Assembly (NCBI GenBank): GCA_004022145.1
Contig: RCNU01000005.1
Source: Paecilomyces variotii
Taxonomy: Eukaryota
DNA: 64,000 bases
Direction: 5' to 3' (one strand)
Shown here piece by piece: positions 22,884-34,969 of the stretch. The notes under the pieces are model-generated. The model was given only the letters and a program-made list of their open reading frames with translations, was not told where the DNA came from and searched no databases. Within the stretch, counting starts at the first letter, position 1. Each line of letters starts with the position of its first letter. The position numbers were made by a program, and so were the translations under genes.

Positions 22884-24804
22884 ATGCCGCGCGATCCTCT
22901 GATAGGACTGGTGGGAAAGGTCAGTTTTCTTGAGCATGTCTGCTATCCGCTCATGACTCACGACTGATCTGGTCTGGGATTTTTACAGCCATCCAGCGGG
23001 AAGTCAACCACGTTGAATAGCTTGACAGATGCAAGTTCTAAAGTCGGTGAGTATCTTATTGATATATCTGTAATCTCCCGGATTGCTCCTCTAGAATTAT
23101 CTAACGGTCATTTTTCTCGTAGGCAATTTCCCGTAAGTTATATTCTTATACTTAGATCAACCTGCATTTCGCCGCCATGATGATTTCCCGTTGGCCCTGC
23201 GTATCGGTGTCGTTACCGGCGGAATTTTCGGCAAGATACTGAGACTCCCCGCCAGATTCACTACTATCGATCCGCAACGGGCAATCGGTTACCTCCAGAT
23301 CGACTGCGCCTGCAAGCGATACGGCCTGACGGATAAATGCAAGCCAAACTACGGAGGATGTCACGAGGGACGGAGATCAGTGCCGATCGAGTTATTGGAT
23401 GTCGCTGGTCTGGTTCCTGGTGCGCATGAGGGCAAGGGACTGGGGAATAAGTTCCTGGACGACCTACGACATGCCGATGCTCTGATTCACGTGGTGGACG
23501 TTAGCGGGACAACGGATGCTGAAGGTCGGGAAACAAAATCCTCTGAGCAGGGATTTCATATCTGGATCATGAAACTAAATATATTCGATACAGGAAAGGC
23601 AACACGAGGATACGACCCGTCTAATGATATTGTGTGGCTGCGATCCGAGATCGTAAGATGGATTGAAGGGAACCTGATGCAGAAATGGTAACAATCCATG
23701 AGCAGACATTCGATGATTAAGACTAATTCTGTACTTAGGGGGTCCATCAAGAGGAGACATCTTGCCGTCAGTAAGTCGCGCCCGCTCAGATCCGACAACT
23801 GAACATCTGTTGATCATTCGCAGAGGCGACCGCCGTCGAGACGTTGCAACAGCAATTTTCCGGTTACGGAAGTACCTCGCAGACTGTCCAACGTTGTCTG
23901 GATCGAGCACAGATAAAGGAGCCACTTGAGCACTGGTCAGACGAGACGGTCGAGAAAGTCGTCAACGCATTCACCGACGAGAAGTTTCCTACCGTGTTTG
24001 CATTGAATAAAATCGATCATCCGGACGCGGACAAGGTGAGATGAATGGATTTACGATCAATGAGACGTATTCGCTTCTAACAAGATGATGTAGAACATAA
24101 GCAAGATTTCCAGGATGCAGGATCCGAAGTCCATCGTTCTCTGCTCGGCCATATCCGAAGTCTTCCTTCGGAGACTGGCAAAACAAGGCTATGTCAAGTA
24201 CGTGGAAGGTAGTGAATTTGTCGATACCAGGGAGGACCTCATCGAAATGGGAGATCCTGAGGGCGGTGGCCTTAAAGAAATGGATGAAAAGTTGAAAACG
24301 TGGGTAGACCCTTACCTGAGACCGTCTGTCGCAAGATCCGACTAACATTATCTAGTCGCGTGGAAAATCTGAAAGATATGGTATTGTATCGCTTTGGGTC
24401 CACCGGAGTTGTCCAGTGTCTATCGCGAGCAGCAGAACTGCTAGGGCTCGTGCCTGTATTTCCTGTCAAGAACATTCACACATTTTCTTCAGCAGCCGGC
24501 GGCGCCAACGCGGTATTCAGGGACTGTGTACTGGTTAAGAAGTATGTTATCGCCAGATGTCGGATCTTGAGTGGTATATTCTAACTTCGAACAGGAACAG
24601 CACTGTGGGTGATGTGGCCCGCAAGGTTATGGGTGACGTCCCCATTGCCTATGTTGAAGGCGCTGGAGGTGTGAGGGTGTCAGAAGATGAAATTGTAGAG
24701 GTTGGGAAACACGACGTAGGTACTCCTATATCTTTTTATTCCAATGTCTACATGGCTAACGCGCTTAACCATTGTAGGTACTCTCTTTCAAAGTCGGTCG
24801 ATAG
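22884..24804 (+). CDS. Obg/YchF-family GTPase (YGR210C-like), multi-exon
   Basis: [22 protein letters not shown] (G1), GNFPFTTIDP (G2, built with a 10-nt micro-exon at 23123-23132), [26 protein letters not shown] (G3), ALNKID (G4); ends VLSFKVGR*. Confidence 0.92.
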
Positions 24805-25033
24805 TACCCGGCCGATGTTTCATTATCTAATGTACACTCTCAAGCCATAATGATGAATATAGAAACGAGACTTATCAATGATGCAATGTAGCTCCCGGAA
24901 AATAGAACAGAGGTGGTGCATGACTGTATTTAAAGATACGGGAAGGAGATATATGATCAATAACCCTTCTATAAGGAACAGTTAGCTGTCTAATTCTGGG
25001 TCATTTTTGAAATTTGTGAAGCCATCGCTTATG

Positions 25034-25537
25034 CTAGACAACCATGCACAACGCTTGCTGGCAATTGACGCATGAATAGAGAGCTAGGGCATCATCAGCG
25101 GAACTCACCTCTCCCTTCTCGTCATTTACACCGATCACTGGCTCCGGCGCATGAGGATGCTCCTTCTTGGCTCTCTCCTGGCTCTTGTTAACATCCCTCT
25201 CTGTCGTGCTGCTACTCTTGCTGGCATCAGCGATCGCTTCGTTCCTTTCCCTCTCCCCCTGACCAGACTGGGTCGATTCCATTTGCGGATCCGTTATATC
25301 ATGCTTCTTCGTCCGGTTGATGGCATGGTCATCTGTCGAAGTGCCTCTCCATTCCCTGGACTTGAGAGAACTAGCCTCCATCGAATCGCTCTTGAATCGA
25401 GCGGATACTCCATACGGCGCCGGAATACCCGCGGGCCGGACGATAGATTGGACAGGCACGAAAGACGGTCGGATAAGGTGAGGGGTCAATAATTGCCTGA
25501 CCCTCGAAGTCGACGATGGGAAACGGTTGCTAGCCAT
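25034..25537 (-). CDS. Small conserved hydrophilic fungal protein with an Arg/Ser-rich N-terminus (possible mitochondrial presequence); 3' end uncertain
   Basis: MASNRFPSSTSRVRQLL...WRGTSTDDHAINR...SSTTERD...AKKEHPHAPEPVIGVNDEKG; probable GTGAGT donor at 25108. Confidence 0.65.
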   Translation of the reverse strand: MASNRFPSSTSRVRQLLTPHLIRPSFVPVQSIVRPAGIPAPYGVSARFKSDSMEASSLKSREWRGTSTDDHAINRTKKHDITDPQMESTQSGQGERERNEAIADASKSSSTTERDVNKSQERAKKEHPHAPEPVIGVNDEKGEVSSADDALALYSCVNCQQALCMVV

Positions 25538-26835
25538 TGTATATATATGATTCTTGTGAATTGCCAATGCGATTATGCTGAGCTTGTCAATGTATGGTGG
25601 TGGTGGTGGTACTGGTACTGGTACTGGCACTTTCCTGATGACAATTGGGATTGAGCGGACTGGGACGCCCCTCAATATATACCGAGCAGGAAAGAGAAAA
25701 AAGTTAACTTAATCCAGTTTTCTCGGGTTCTCGATTAGCTGTTGAAGTACAGGATTGTCCAATGTCTCTACGTTGTTATTCATCTTCGTATGACGTCGTG
25801 ATGCTGCAATACGATATGCGATATGTGAATGCCAAGATGTCGCTGAGGTGATTACTGTAATATCACACATCTCCATCTATACCATCTTTTGCGATTCCAA
25901 TTTCTCGATGCTAAATAGAAGGAATTGAATCTTAAAGAATTTCTTTATTTTTTGTTAGTAATGTTGTTTTATTGATATTGATATTTGCGCTTCTAACAAC
26001 TGAGCTGTTGGAGCATTGGGCTTGCGTTACGTCATGTGCGCTGATCTGGTCAATCCCTCAGCTAGATTCTAAGGTGTACGCTGCCCTTTCTTTCTTTCTC
26101 TAAATTATGGTAATCTCCTTGATTGAGAATGGCCAATATCATTCTAGAGTTTTGATGTTTTGCCGTTGTTCTCCGTGTTGGGACTTGTGCCGGTCCTTCA
26201 ATCGTTATCGTACAGTACTTCCTATATTTGCTCCAAACTTTCTTTCTGTTCTCGCCTTCTGCGTATATTCTAGAAGCTGATAGAGAGACAAAAACAGACG
26301 ACTGCTCTCTGGGAAATATGTATGAAAAAAGCAGCAAACTGCCAGGTTATCGTGGTATTTAATCACTTTTCTTTATTGGACAGAGACTAGAGAACGGTTA
26401 GTAGGCATATGAGAATGCTACAACTTTCTTCGTCAATTCTACTTACCGGTGATCTACTTACATTTTGCGAAGCTTGGCCTATCATTTCTGCGCAGTGAAT
26501 TCAGCTGGGGGCAAGCAATTCTTGGTCTCGAATGGCGGCTCTATTCTCGAAGCGCTATGGAAAAGGGAATCCGCTATAGAATGCTAAACCTCAATCACTC
26601 AGGACCTGCTCTATAAACCCTAGACCCGATGGAAGTGGGAGACTTTGCTAGTTCATTGTTGGGAGATCCTCAAGTTCATAATCTGCTGGGCATTAAGACT
26701 GGCCTTCGGTTGGTACCATCGCTTTCTTTAAACAAATATTAAAGTCTTCTACGGCTTTCCAGTCGATCTGGAATGCGCTACCACTATAATCCGAGTCAGT
26801 TGGTCATTCTGCCATTCATTATATTCGGAGTAGAC

Positions 26836-27693
26836 CTACAAATCGTACTTCAAATTGTTTTGATAAACACGATTCAGAAGGCCAATCAAATCTTGGTCAT
26901 CAGTATTCAGCCCATATTTTCGATAAACCAAGTCCAATGAATCCGCAAGAATCTTAGCATACGTATAATCTTCCTCTTGTCCGAGAAAGAGGATACAGTA
27001 TCTTTCAAAGACCCTTGGGTAAAAACCTGCGAACTCCCAATCCAAGAGACAAAACGACTCGTCGACTTTAATAATATTCCGGTAACTGAGATCCAAATGG
27101 CAAAATACGCAGTCGTCAAGCTGAAATTGAAACCTTTTTTCAGACCCAGTGAGTCGTGCGCGTCTGTCGAGCCATAGATTCAGCTTGTCCATGCTGTCTA
27201 GCGGTTCACCAGCCCCGTCCTCGGAGAAAAGATATCCTCGAGGGATTCCACGGCCCCGGGGCCCAGGAAAGTCCGCCTTAGCTTTGGTGGTGAAGTCGTA
27301 AAATGCCTCCGCTAAATCTCGGACAGGTTCATCGAACGGTGCGAAGTTGCCCAGCGGTATGCCATCAATGAACTCCATCAGTAGGTAACCTATCCCTGAC
27401 CTTTGGAAATATCGATACACTTTCGGGACCCGAATGTTGGTTCCTAGTGATTGATGATAAGCGTATACCTGGTTTGCGGCCTCATCGCCAGTGACGCTCC
27501 ACCCATATTTGACTATGATGTCGCCCAGTATCTTTTCTAATAGCCGTCCACATTTTTCTGCACCAGGATTGGGGCAAAGATGAACGATATCATCGTCGGA
27601 AAGATCATTCACTTGATGAGCCATGTAGTCGTAATCGTCAGAAGATATAATCAAGAGTTCAGGAAAATATCGCAGAGTCGTTAGCTCGATCAT
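26836..27693 (-). CDS. Aminoglycoside-phosphotransferase/choline-kinase-like phosphotransferase; N-terminus uncertain
   Basis: IVKYGWSVTGDEAANQ, IRVPKVYRYF, YLLMEFIDG, Brenner-type motif VFCHLDLSYRNII, LLDWEFAGFYP. Confidence 0.85.
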   Translation of the reverse strand: MIELTTLRYFPELLIISSDDYDYMAHQVNDLSDDDIVHLCPNPGAEKCGRLLEKILGDIIVKYGWSVTGDEAANQVYAYHQSLGTNIRVPKVYRYFQRSGIGYLLMEFIDGIPLGNFAPFDEPVRDLAEAFYDFTTKAKADFPGPRGRGIPRGYLFSEDGAGEPLDSMDKLNLWLDRRARLTGSEKRFQFQLDDCVFCHLDLSYRNIIKVDESFCLLDWEFAGFYPRVFERYCILFLGQEEDYTYAKILADSLDLVYRKYGLNTDDQDLIGLLNRVYQNNLKYDL

Positions 27694-29339
27694 GTGATAA
27701 TGCTATCCCACCGTGCTCTCTATGGGTCGATTTTTCGTTTCTATATTTGACGCTTGATTTCTTGCAAGAGCCGGATTCGCTATCCATAATCCCCTAATTT
27801 TCAGAACAATCTCGCTGTTATGGATTAACAAAATATAACACAGCGGTAAACATTACAGCAAGTCGAAATGGTCTATTGCTACCTACAGTTCTTGTAAGAG
27901 GGTATTCTAAGTCTCCAGCCTCCAGACCTAGATGCCACTAGTCTAAAAAAACACTGTAATAGTCGACTGGCTATTACGGGCTGGCACCCCTTATATAGGT
28001 ATACATCGAACCCCAGGACGAGTTGCCCTTACAGTCCTTTAGATCATCGATGCTACGTTGTAGTGAATATACAAACTAGAGACTCGTTTCCCGAAATAGC
28101 AGCAGAAGAGACCGCAGCGCTTACGCGATTAGTGTGGAACAGCGAATTTCCTCGGCTTCTTTTTAAACAAAGAAACCTTGGAAAGCTAGATACATCGTCA
28201 CAAGAGGTTAACATAGGTAGTACTGAGTTATGGTGACAGAAGGACTCTAGATTTCGTGACTGCCCATAATGCCACTAGATACGCGCGGATGATGCGATAT
28301 AGTGGATAAAGTACTTGTTTGGGCGGGGTAATTATGTATTCGCCAGGGGCGGAAATCATTTAAATGTATGTACTATATACACCGTTGACATGCGGTCTGG
28401 TCTGCTAAGAAGATCAAAGTGTTCTTGTCGAAAAATTGGTCCCACAGCAAAAGCGGGGAGATATAATGCGTTATATTATGGGCTACGCCGAGTACCTTAG
28501 TACTTAAGCGCCTTTTGTAAAAGAGGCGCGTACTTTTAGCAAGTGCAGCTAAGTAACTAAGCTAGCGAGACAGAAGTGGGAACTTTTGTCTGCCGGTCTC
28601 TAGAATAGGTAATCCCATTACACGTTAATAGGATTGATATTGGGTAGTATTTTCCGAATTGGAAGTAGTACAAATTATCTACAAATAGGATAACAGAAGC
28701 TGTTCTGTCTCTAAATCTCTGAATGTGGTAATACTTTCTCAAATAATTATCCAGGAAGATTGACGAATTGACAGTCGGGACAATGGTCCCTGTGTCGACT
28801 CCTGGTTGAGTCTTGTTTTCTACAATAAGAAAGCCAGACTGAGCCACGCACAAGCACGGCACGGGTACGTCGTTCCTTTGTTTATATTGTAAGCTTTACC
28901 TGACTTCCGCCCTGCATAAAGAGTGGGCCATCGTCCCTTCCAAGGAAAAGGTCCTTAAACCTAGGTAAATATACTCCATTTATGCAGTATGTAGGACTCT
29001 GCAGGCTGCGGCGAGAGGAGACGCTCAATCCTTTCCCGTGTTGGAGATACTCGTATATATCCATTGTACGTCGGAAGACAGACCTGACCTAGACTTGCAG
29101 ATACATGCATCATACGAGAGAAGTAAGTCACTTAGCTCTGGGACCATCGTCTCGAGAAAGTACCTGATGGGTGTATGTCTCAATGAATTAGTGTATGATT
29201 CAAGTATACGGGGTTATTTAATGTTCGCCTTCCCATCTTTCATTTCGTTCCAAGTCATACAAAGATGTTTTACCAGAAACTCTCGATATATCTTTGCTTA
29301 TAAGATCATACTTGTCTCATCTCAGCTTGCGAATCCATC

Positions 29340-30842
29340 ATGGCAGCCACTGGAGATTCTATTATTACACTCAAGCAGCGTACGAGTAAACTATCCGATT
29401 CCGTCAAGTATGAGTCCATGAAACTATCAACGGCCGATGAACCTCTCAAGGAAGCTACAGGCGACAGCAAGCATGTTCTCATCATTGGCGGCGGTGTCAG
29501 TGGACTACTCGTAGCATGGATGCTCCTTGATAAAGGCTTCCGGGTGACCATCCTCGCCCGGGAATGGGCTTGGACCAAAGACTTTCAGGGATCTCGCATT
29601 ACCTCGCAAATTGCCGCGGCCCTGTGGGAGATGCCACCAGGTGGGTGCGGGCACAGAGAGATCGAATCACCGGGAAAGGGCTGGGCTAACGTTCAGCATT
29701 ATCGAGAATGGGCCTTGGACAGCTATGATTTCTACACCGAGCTCGCAAGTATTTCCAATAATCACGAAAATGGAGGGCGCTCCTTTGGTCTTAAAGTCGC
29801 AGATCTTCACCAGTTCTTCTATTATAATGTGGTTGAAGATCCCAAAGACAAGAAGTCGCAGATATATGAGCACTATGATAAGTTTTGTGCCGTTAAAGAC
29901 GAGATACTGCTCAAACGTGTTATGAAAGACAAGGGGTTAATGGGTGACACCATCGAAAACTATACTTACAAGGATAAGACCGCCATTGCAACTAAATTCG
30001 GGTCGGACCTGATCAATTTAAGCCTAGGAGGGAAAGACTTCACAAGCGGTTATTCTCATCCAGCTCCAATCATAAACACGGACAAGGCGTTGGCATACCT
30101 GATGGCCCTAGTCAAGAACAAGGGAGCCACGCTTGAGACGCGAGAGATCAAGGATCTTTACACTACTGGGGAAGAGTTGTTGAAAGATTTTGATGCGCAT
30201 GTTATTGTCAACGCCACCGGTCTCGGTGCCAGAGAACTGGTCAACGACAAAGATGTGTATCCTGTTCGGGGCGCTATTCGACGAGTCGAAAACACTCGCA
30301 ACGGCAAGTTCCGTCACCTCGCTGATGCGTATTTGGTCCCAGCGCAAATTGGACCTTCGAAACTACCCACCAAAACGGTGTTCATCGTACCGCGCAACGA
30401 TGATATCCTCTATGTGGGATCCATAATCCAACCGAACAACGGCCAATTGAACTTGGGTCCAGAGTCGCCTGAGGTCCAGCAGATGTGGAATCGAGCAGGA
30501 GATTTCATGCCGACCTTGCATCATGCGGGCTTCAGGAAAGACTTTCCATTTGCTCAGGGCTTGCGGCCATTTACCAAGAACAATGTCAAGGTGCGAGCAG
30601 ATGAGAAAGTCACATTTCCCCTCGTGCACAACTACGGCCATGGAGGGTCCGGATGGACTCTGGGGATCGGAACTGCTCGCTCTGCTGTATATATCGTGGA
30701 GCGGCTTCTGAAAGAGACGGCAGAAGTGAAGGAGAAAGCGGCAAAGATCAACGAAGATCTATATAGCCCCCGCCCGAAACCAGACCTCAACGTAAGGAGG
30801 AGTAGACATCGATCCTCAATCCATCAGAAAGCAAAGCTCTAG
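29340..30842 (+). CDS. FAD-dependent D-amino-acid oxidase-family protein, intronless, with C-terminal PTS1
   Basis: Rossmann motif VLIIGGGVSGL, TSQIAAALW, VIVNATGLGAREL, VYPVRG, GLRP, VHNYGHGGSGWT; terminal tripeptide AKL. Confidence 0.9.
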   Translation: MAATGDSIITLKQRTSKLSDSVKYESMKLSTADEPLKEATGDSKHVLIIGGGVSGLLVAWMLLDKGFRVTILAREWAWTKDFQGSRITSQIAAALWEMPPGGCGHREIESPGKGWANVQHYREWALDSYDFYTELASISNNHENGGRSFGLKVADLHQFFYYNVVEDPKDKKSQIYEHYDKFCAVKDEILLKRVMKDKGLMGDTIENYTYKDKTAIATKFGSDLINLSLGGKDFTSGYSHPAPIINTDKALAYLMALVKNKGATLETREIKDLYTTGEELLKDFDAHVIVNATGLGARELVNDKDVYPVRGAIRRVENTRNGKFRHLADAYLVPAQIGPSKLPTKTVFIVPRNDDILYVGSIIQPNNGQLNLGPESPEVQQMWNRAGDFMPTLHHAGFRKDFPFAQGLRPFTKNNVKVRADEKVTFPLVHNYGHGGSGWTLGIGTARSAVYIVERLLKETAEVKEKAAKINEDLYSPRPKPDLNVRRSRHRSSIHQKAKL

Positions 30843-31185
30843 GACTAGACATGCTTATAGAAATGTTAGTAGTGTACGTAACTTGGCTTCACTTCACCAT
30901 CCAGTTTATTAGCATCTTGTGCTGGAAACGTATCATGCCGTAAAGTTCGTGGCATGCGTATTCTATGCGATTCAGGCCTGTTTATTTAAGAGCTTTAATG
31001 AATCGATGGGCGTCACTTGAAAGCTATATATGGCCCGTGCATATCATATCACGTGTATACAAGCCGCTGACCCACCAAACCCTCCCGATTAGGAACGTCC
31101 CATTCCATCATGAACCGCTGAGGGAATTGTTAATAGTGGGATGATCAACACAATTTAGCCTCTCGCTATTACTATTACGCACACC

Positions 31186-32941
31186 ATGAAACGTGAGTAT
31201 CTACCAATAGAGGCTCTTCCAGCCTGGTCGAAGCTCAATGGCATCAGCTTCAATGGCGTTGCTTTCGAGCGGTTCCAGGCCGAGGATGGAACGGATAAGG
31301 GTTCAGGCGTTGTCGCTACGGAAGAAAAGTACAACGGAGATCCGGAGAGTGAAGAGTCGAAACCTGAATTCTTAATCACAGTCCCGCCGGATATGGTTCT
31401 ATCATTGGATCTGGTGCAGAACTATGCCAAATCCGACAGGTATCTGAGGGAAGTGCTGGAAGCTGTGGGTGATTATGGAAAGGTAGGCTAGCGATGTCTT
31501 GCCATAATGGCGGTGCAATTGTGCTATAATACCTATGTACTGTTTCTTTATACTATTGTTTCTATCAATTGGAATCGATTTGCGCAAAGCTAATAGTTAC
31601 AGACAGCTCGAGGCGCAATTCTGATCTTTCTGCTGCTCCATATAACATATTCCAGCCCGGATTTTGAGAATGTGCCTTACAAGATTGGCGTTTCTAATCC
31701 ATGGTCGGAATATATCAAGTTCCTACCTGCTTCGGTTCCATTGCCTACCTTCTACACAGAAGAAGAGCACGAGCTGTTGTACGGCACATCACTTAAAGCC
31801 GCAGTGGATGCAAAGATATCCTCTCTCGAGAAAGAGTTCGACTTGCTACGCGAGTCTACCCAGAGCATAGCTTGGTGCGAACGAGTATGGTGGGGAGTGG
31901 AGACTGGCAAGTTGACGCTCGATGACTGGAAGCAGGTCGACGCGATGTACAGATCTCGAGCTTTAGATCTTCCAGGGACGGGACACGCCATGGTGCCATG
32001 TATTGATATGGCCAATCACTCTTCTGGGGATGCTACTGTTGCACTTTACGAAACAGACTCGGAAGGCAATGCCGTACTGCAATTGCGATGGGGAAAGAAG
32101 CTGCGGCCCAGAGACGAAGTGACGATCACGTATGTATCTTCTCCGTTTACTCATGGCTTCTTATTAAGCGGACTTTTGCAGATATGGAGACGAAAAGGGC
32201 GCATCTGAAATGATCTTCTCCTACGGGTTTCTGGAGAGTGAGGTAAACAATGCAAGACAGCTGTTTCTCGGGTTGGATATCCCCGATGATGATCCCCTGA
32301 AACCAGCAAAGAAAATCTACTGCCAGGACGCCCCTGGTGTACGTCTTTTTCTTCCGCAGTCATCAGAACAGACGGACTGGGAGAGCGGGTTTGTCTGGTG
32401 GGCATGTGTAAACGAAGAGGACGGTCTCGATTTCTCTGTGCTGCAGACGAATGAGGGACAGCGAGAGCTCAAGGCTACGTGGAAAGGAAACGAGATACCA
32501 TCATCGAGTTCTTTACGCGATATTATTTCAAACGATCCGCTATGGGATGTTTTCCAGCTTCGTGCGGTGGTCTTCCTCCTTGAACGCCTTGAGGGACAAT
32601 TTGCGATGCTCCAAGCAAGCTACGAATTTGTCTCGAATGCAGGGCACGACGAAAGCGGCACGAGCACGGGAGTGCGAAGCGATATATACGGGACCATTGT
32701 GAAGCTGCGAAAATTAGAGTCTGAATTATTGGAGCGCGGAATCCATGATCTGTCAAAAAGGGTATGTGAACCGATCATTCTGCTTTCTGCACACAGACGA
32801 TGCATACGGCCTCAAATCCTTCACAAGGGCTAACTTGGGTGATATTTCACGCAGAGAGATGATCTTCTCTCATCTGAAACAGTGGTGGCCTATTTCAGTC
32901 GACTTGCGGAGGGCCCAGAGGAGGAGGAGGACTTTTCGTGA
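31186..32941 (+). CDS. SET-domain protein-lysine methyltransferase (Rubisco-LSMT-like), multi-exon
   Basis: AWSKLNGISF, DKGSGVVA, NPWSEYIKFLP, YRSRALDLPGTGHAMVPCIDMANHS, EVTIT|YGDEKGASEMIFSYGF; last exon ends EEEEDFS*. Confidence 0.9.
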
Positions 32942-33549
32942 TGACCTCCTGAGGACCTTTTACGGGTTCCCATGAGATATCCATATTACATATGGCTTGC
33001 ATCTCTTATCGATATAGTCTACAGCAGGAACATAGGATCTCCCTGCTTTCCCTGGGGAGTGAGTAAAGAGTTCTCCCACACATTCCCGATCAGGGTTGGG
33101 TACATGACTAGTTAGATAGCTCCCCAGATCGGTTCCTAGATCGTTTCCGCACAGAAATAGCGCAAAGATTCTGATGGAAGATACTGATGCCAGCTTGGCC
33201 TCTACTGGACAAGATTTCCTGGTACCTGACGTCGTAGTCCGTTGTGTCGAATGCCTAGGTAACTCCATCGGGTGGAGAGAGAATGTCCAGCTTGCTTGCG
33301 AGGGCGGAGACTGCCAGGGCGGAGAACCGAATGTCGTCATACCAGCACAACCGCCATTAACGTCACCACCCAAACGGCGACAGTGCTGGTTCTCGGTGAA
33401 ACGGTGTATAAGAGGCTTTAATAACCTCTGCTCTACGTTCGATAGTCTCGTCAGAACTCAAACGAGAAGCAGACCTGAACACATCTGTTATTCCATTCTA
33501 TACCAACTGTCCAAACCATCCCCCTCGCATATAACACACAATCGCCATC

Positions 33550-34040
33550 ATGACGGACACTACTTTCCACGTCACCAAGGAAGACATCCGCAAGCCTGAG
33601 TCTAAGCTCGGTGGGCACCACCACGGCAAGACTCCTGCCAACTCCAATGTTTCTGGACTCAAGGTATGTCGAATCGTCTCAAGCTAGACAGGGACCCCGA
33701 ACAAAAACAGCTCACCAAGTCCTAGTCTGTGATCGACAAGAACACCGACAAGGTGAAGGAGATCGACGAACGCAAGGCCAATCTTCCCCTTCCTGATCAG
33801 CCACCCACAGCCAGTGACTGGCAGTCCGCCAACGGCAAGGTCACTGGTACCGGTTCCGGCCAGTTCGAATCCCCCGTCTCTGGAGAGAACAACAGCGCCC
33901 TGAGAGGCCCAGCTACTGCAGGCAGCAGTGTTCGTGTGGATGGAGAGGAGTTCAAGAAGGAGACGCAGCCTGGAAGCGGCGTTGGACGACAGGCGAAGGA
34001 CCAGCTGGACGACCTGCCCAAGGACGCGCAGGCGCGATAA
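33550..34040 (+). CDS. Small hydrophilic (LEA/hydrophilin-like) protein, one intron
   Basis: MTDTTFHVTKEDIRKPESKLGGHHHGKTPANSNVSGLK|SVIDKN...ERKANLPLPDQPPTASDWQSA...ALRGPATAGSSVR; GTATGT...TAG intron at about 33664-33725; strong codon bias. Confidence 0.8.
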
Positions 34041-34469
34041 ACGGGCTATGGTGTAACTATTATTCTTGTGTGGATTGACTTTGCATCTGTTCTATTATGA
34101 TTAGGGAGCATCCGACATGGGGAATGTCGGATTGAAACATAAATAAATGACGACTTAATGAATATTTTTCATTCATATCACTTTAAGTAGGAGGTACCTA
34201 AGAAAGTAGTCCGTAGCAAATGATCTAGATCTCTTATCTACTATGGATGTTGCAAAAGCTTAAGAACTGAGGACTAGTCGTTATCCCAGTCCTTGCCTCT
34301 TGCATACATATCATATCTTCTCTCCTCGATTCAGAATCAGTGAATTGAATTGAATTGGAGCAAGTCTCGAACGCATAACGTGGGCCAAATGCCACTTCCC
34401 GACGCCAAGAAAGCTGGACCGGAGCGGAGGGCGGATTGTCGCGTGCTTCGATTCTAGACAAACGGGCGG

Positions 34470-34477
34470 TGACGTCA
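34470..34477. promoter_or_regulatory. Perfect CRE palindrome TGACGTCA (candidate AtfA/AtfB bZIP site), 500 bp upstream of the gene at 34970
   Basis: Direct match; a second TGACGT core lies at 34665-34670. Confidence 0.5.
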
Positions 34478-34969
34478 ATCCCGCCAAAGCCTGGCAAGAA
34501 ACATCTCCAGCAGTTCACATCATGGCCGGTTATGAGAGCAAGATAGCTCAACTCTGTGCCCATCATCAGCAGAAAGGAAGCAACCTCATCTCTCCACCGG
34601 TCCATTCTGTCTTTTCTGCTACTCGCCACTCAAGAGGCTCTCAGTCGCTTCAAGGCCCGCTTGTTGACGTATCGTCCCTCATTCGCTGCAGGCTGTCTCT
34701 CGTATTAGAGTACTTCTTTGCCGTAAGGATGACATCAGGACAGCCCAGCCCCCAGAGCTACACTGCTTCTCGGAGACCTTCCTTACCTTTCTCTACTCAT
34801 GGATAAGATATACTTATATCTCCAGATTGCCCTCTTCCACCATCAAGACTCACAGAGAAATACCACAGTGGACAGATATCTATATCTTCCTACTCAACAA
34901 CAGCATTACCACAAGATATCACGACTTTTTTTGATCTGAGATACCAGTACCCTTTGAACTACGTACAAA

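Noticed and set aside
28507-28530. Imperfect hairpin GCGCCTTTTGTAAAAGAGGCGC, considered as a Helitron 3' hairpin
   Set aside because: No correctly spaced CTRR end and no Rep/helicase remnants nearby.
26074-30878. GTGTACG on both sides of the kinase/DAO pair, as a candidate TSD
   Set aside because: A 7-mer with no adjacent inverted repeats; likely chance.
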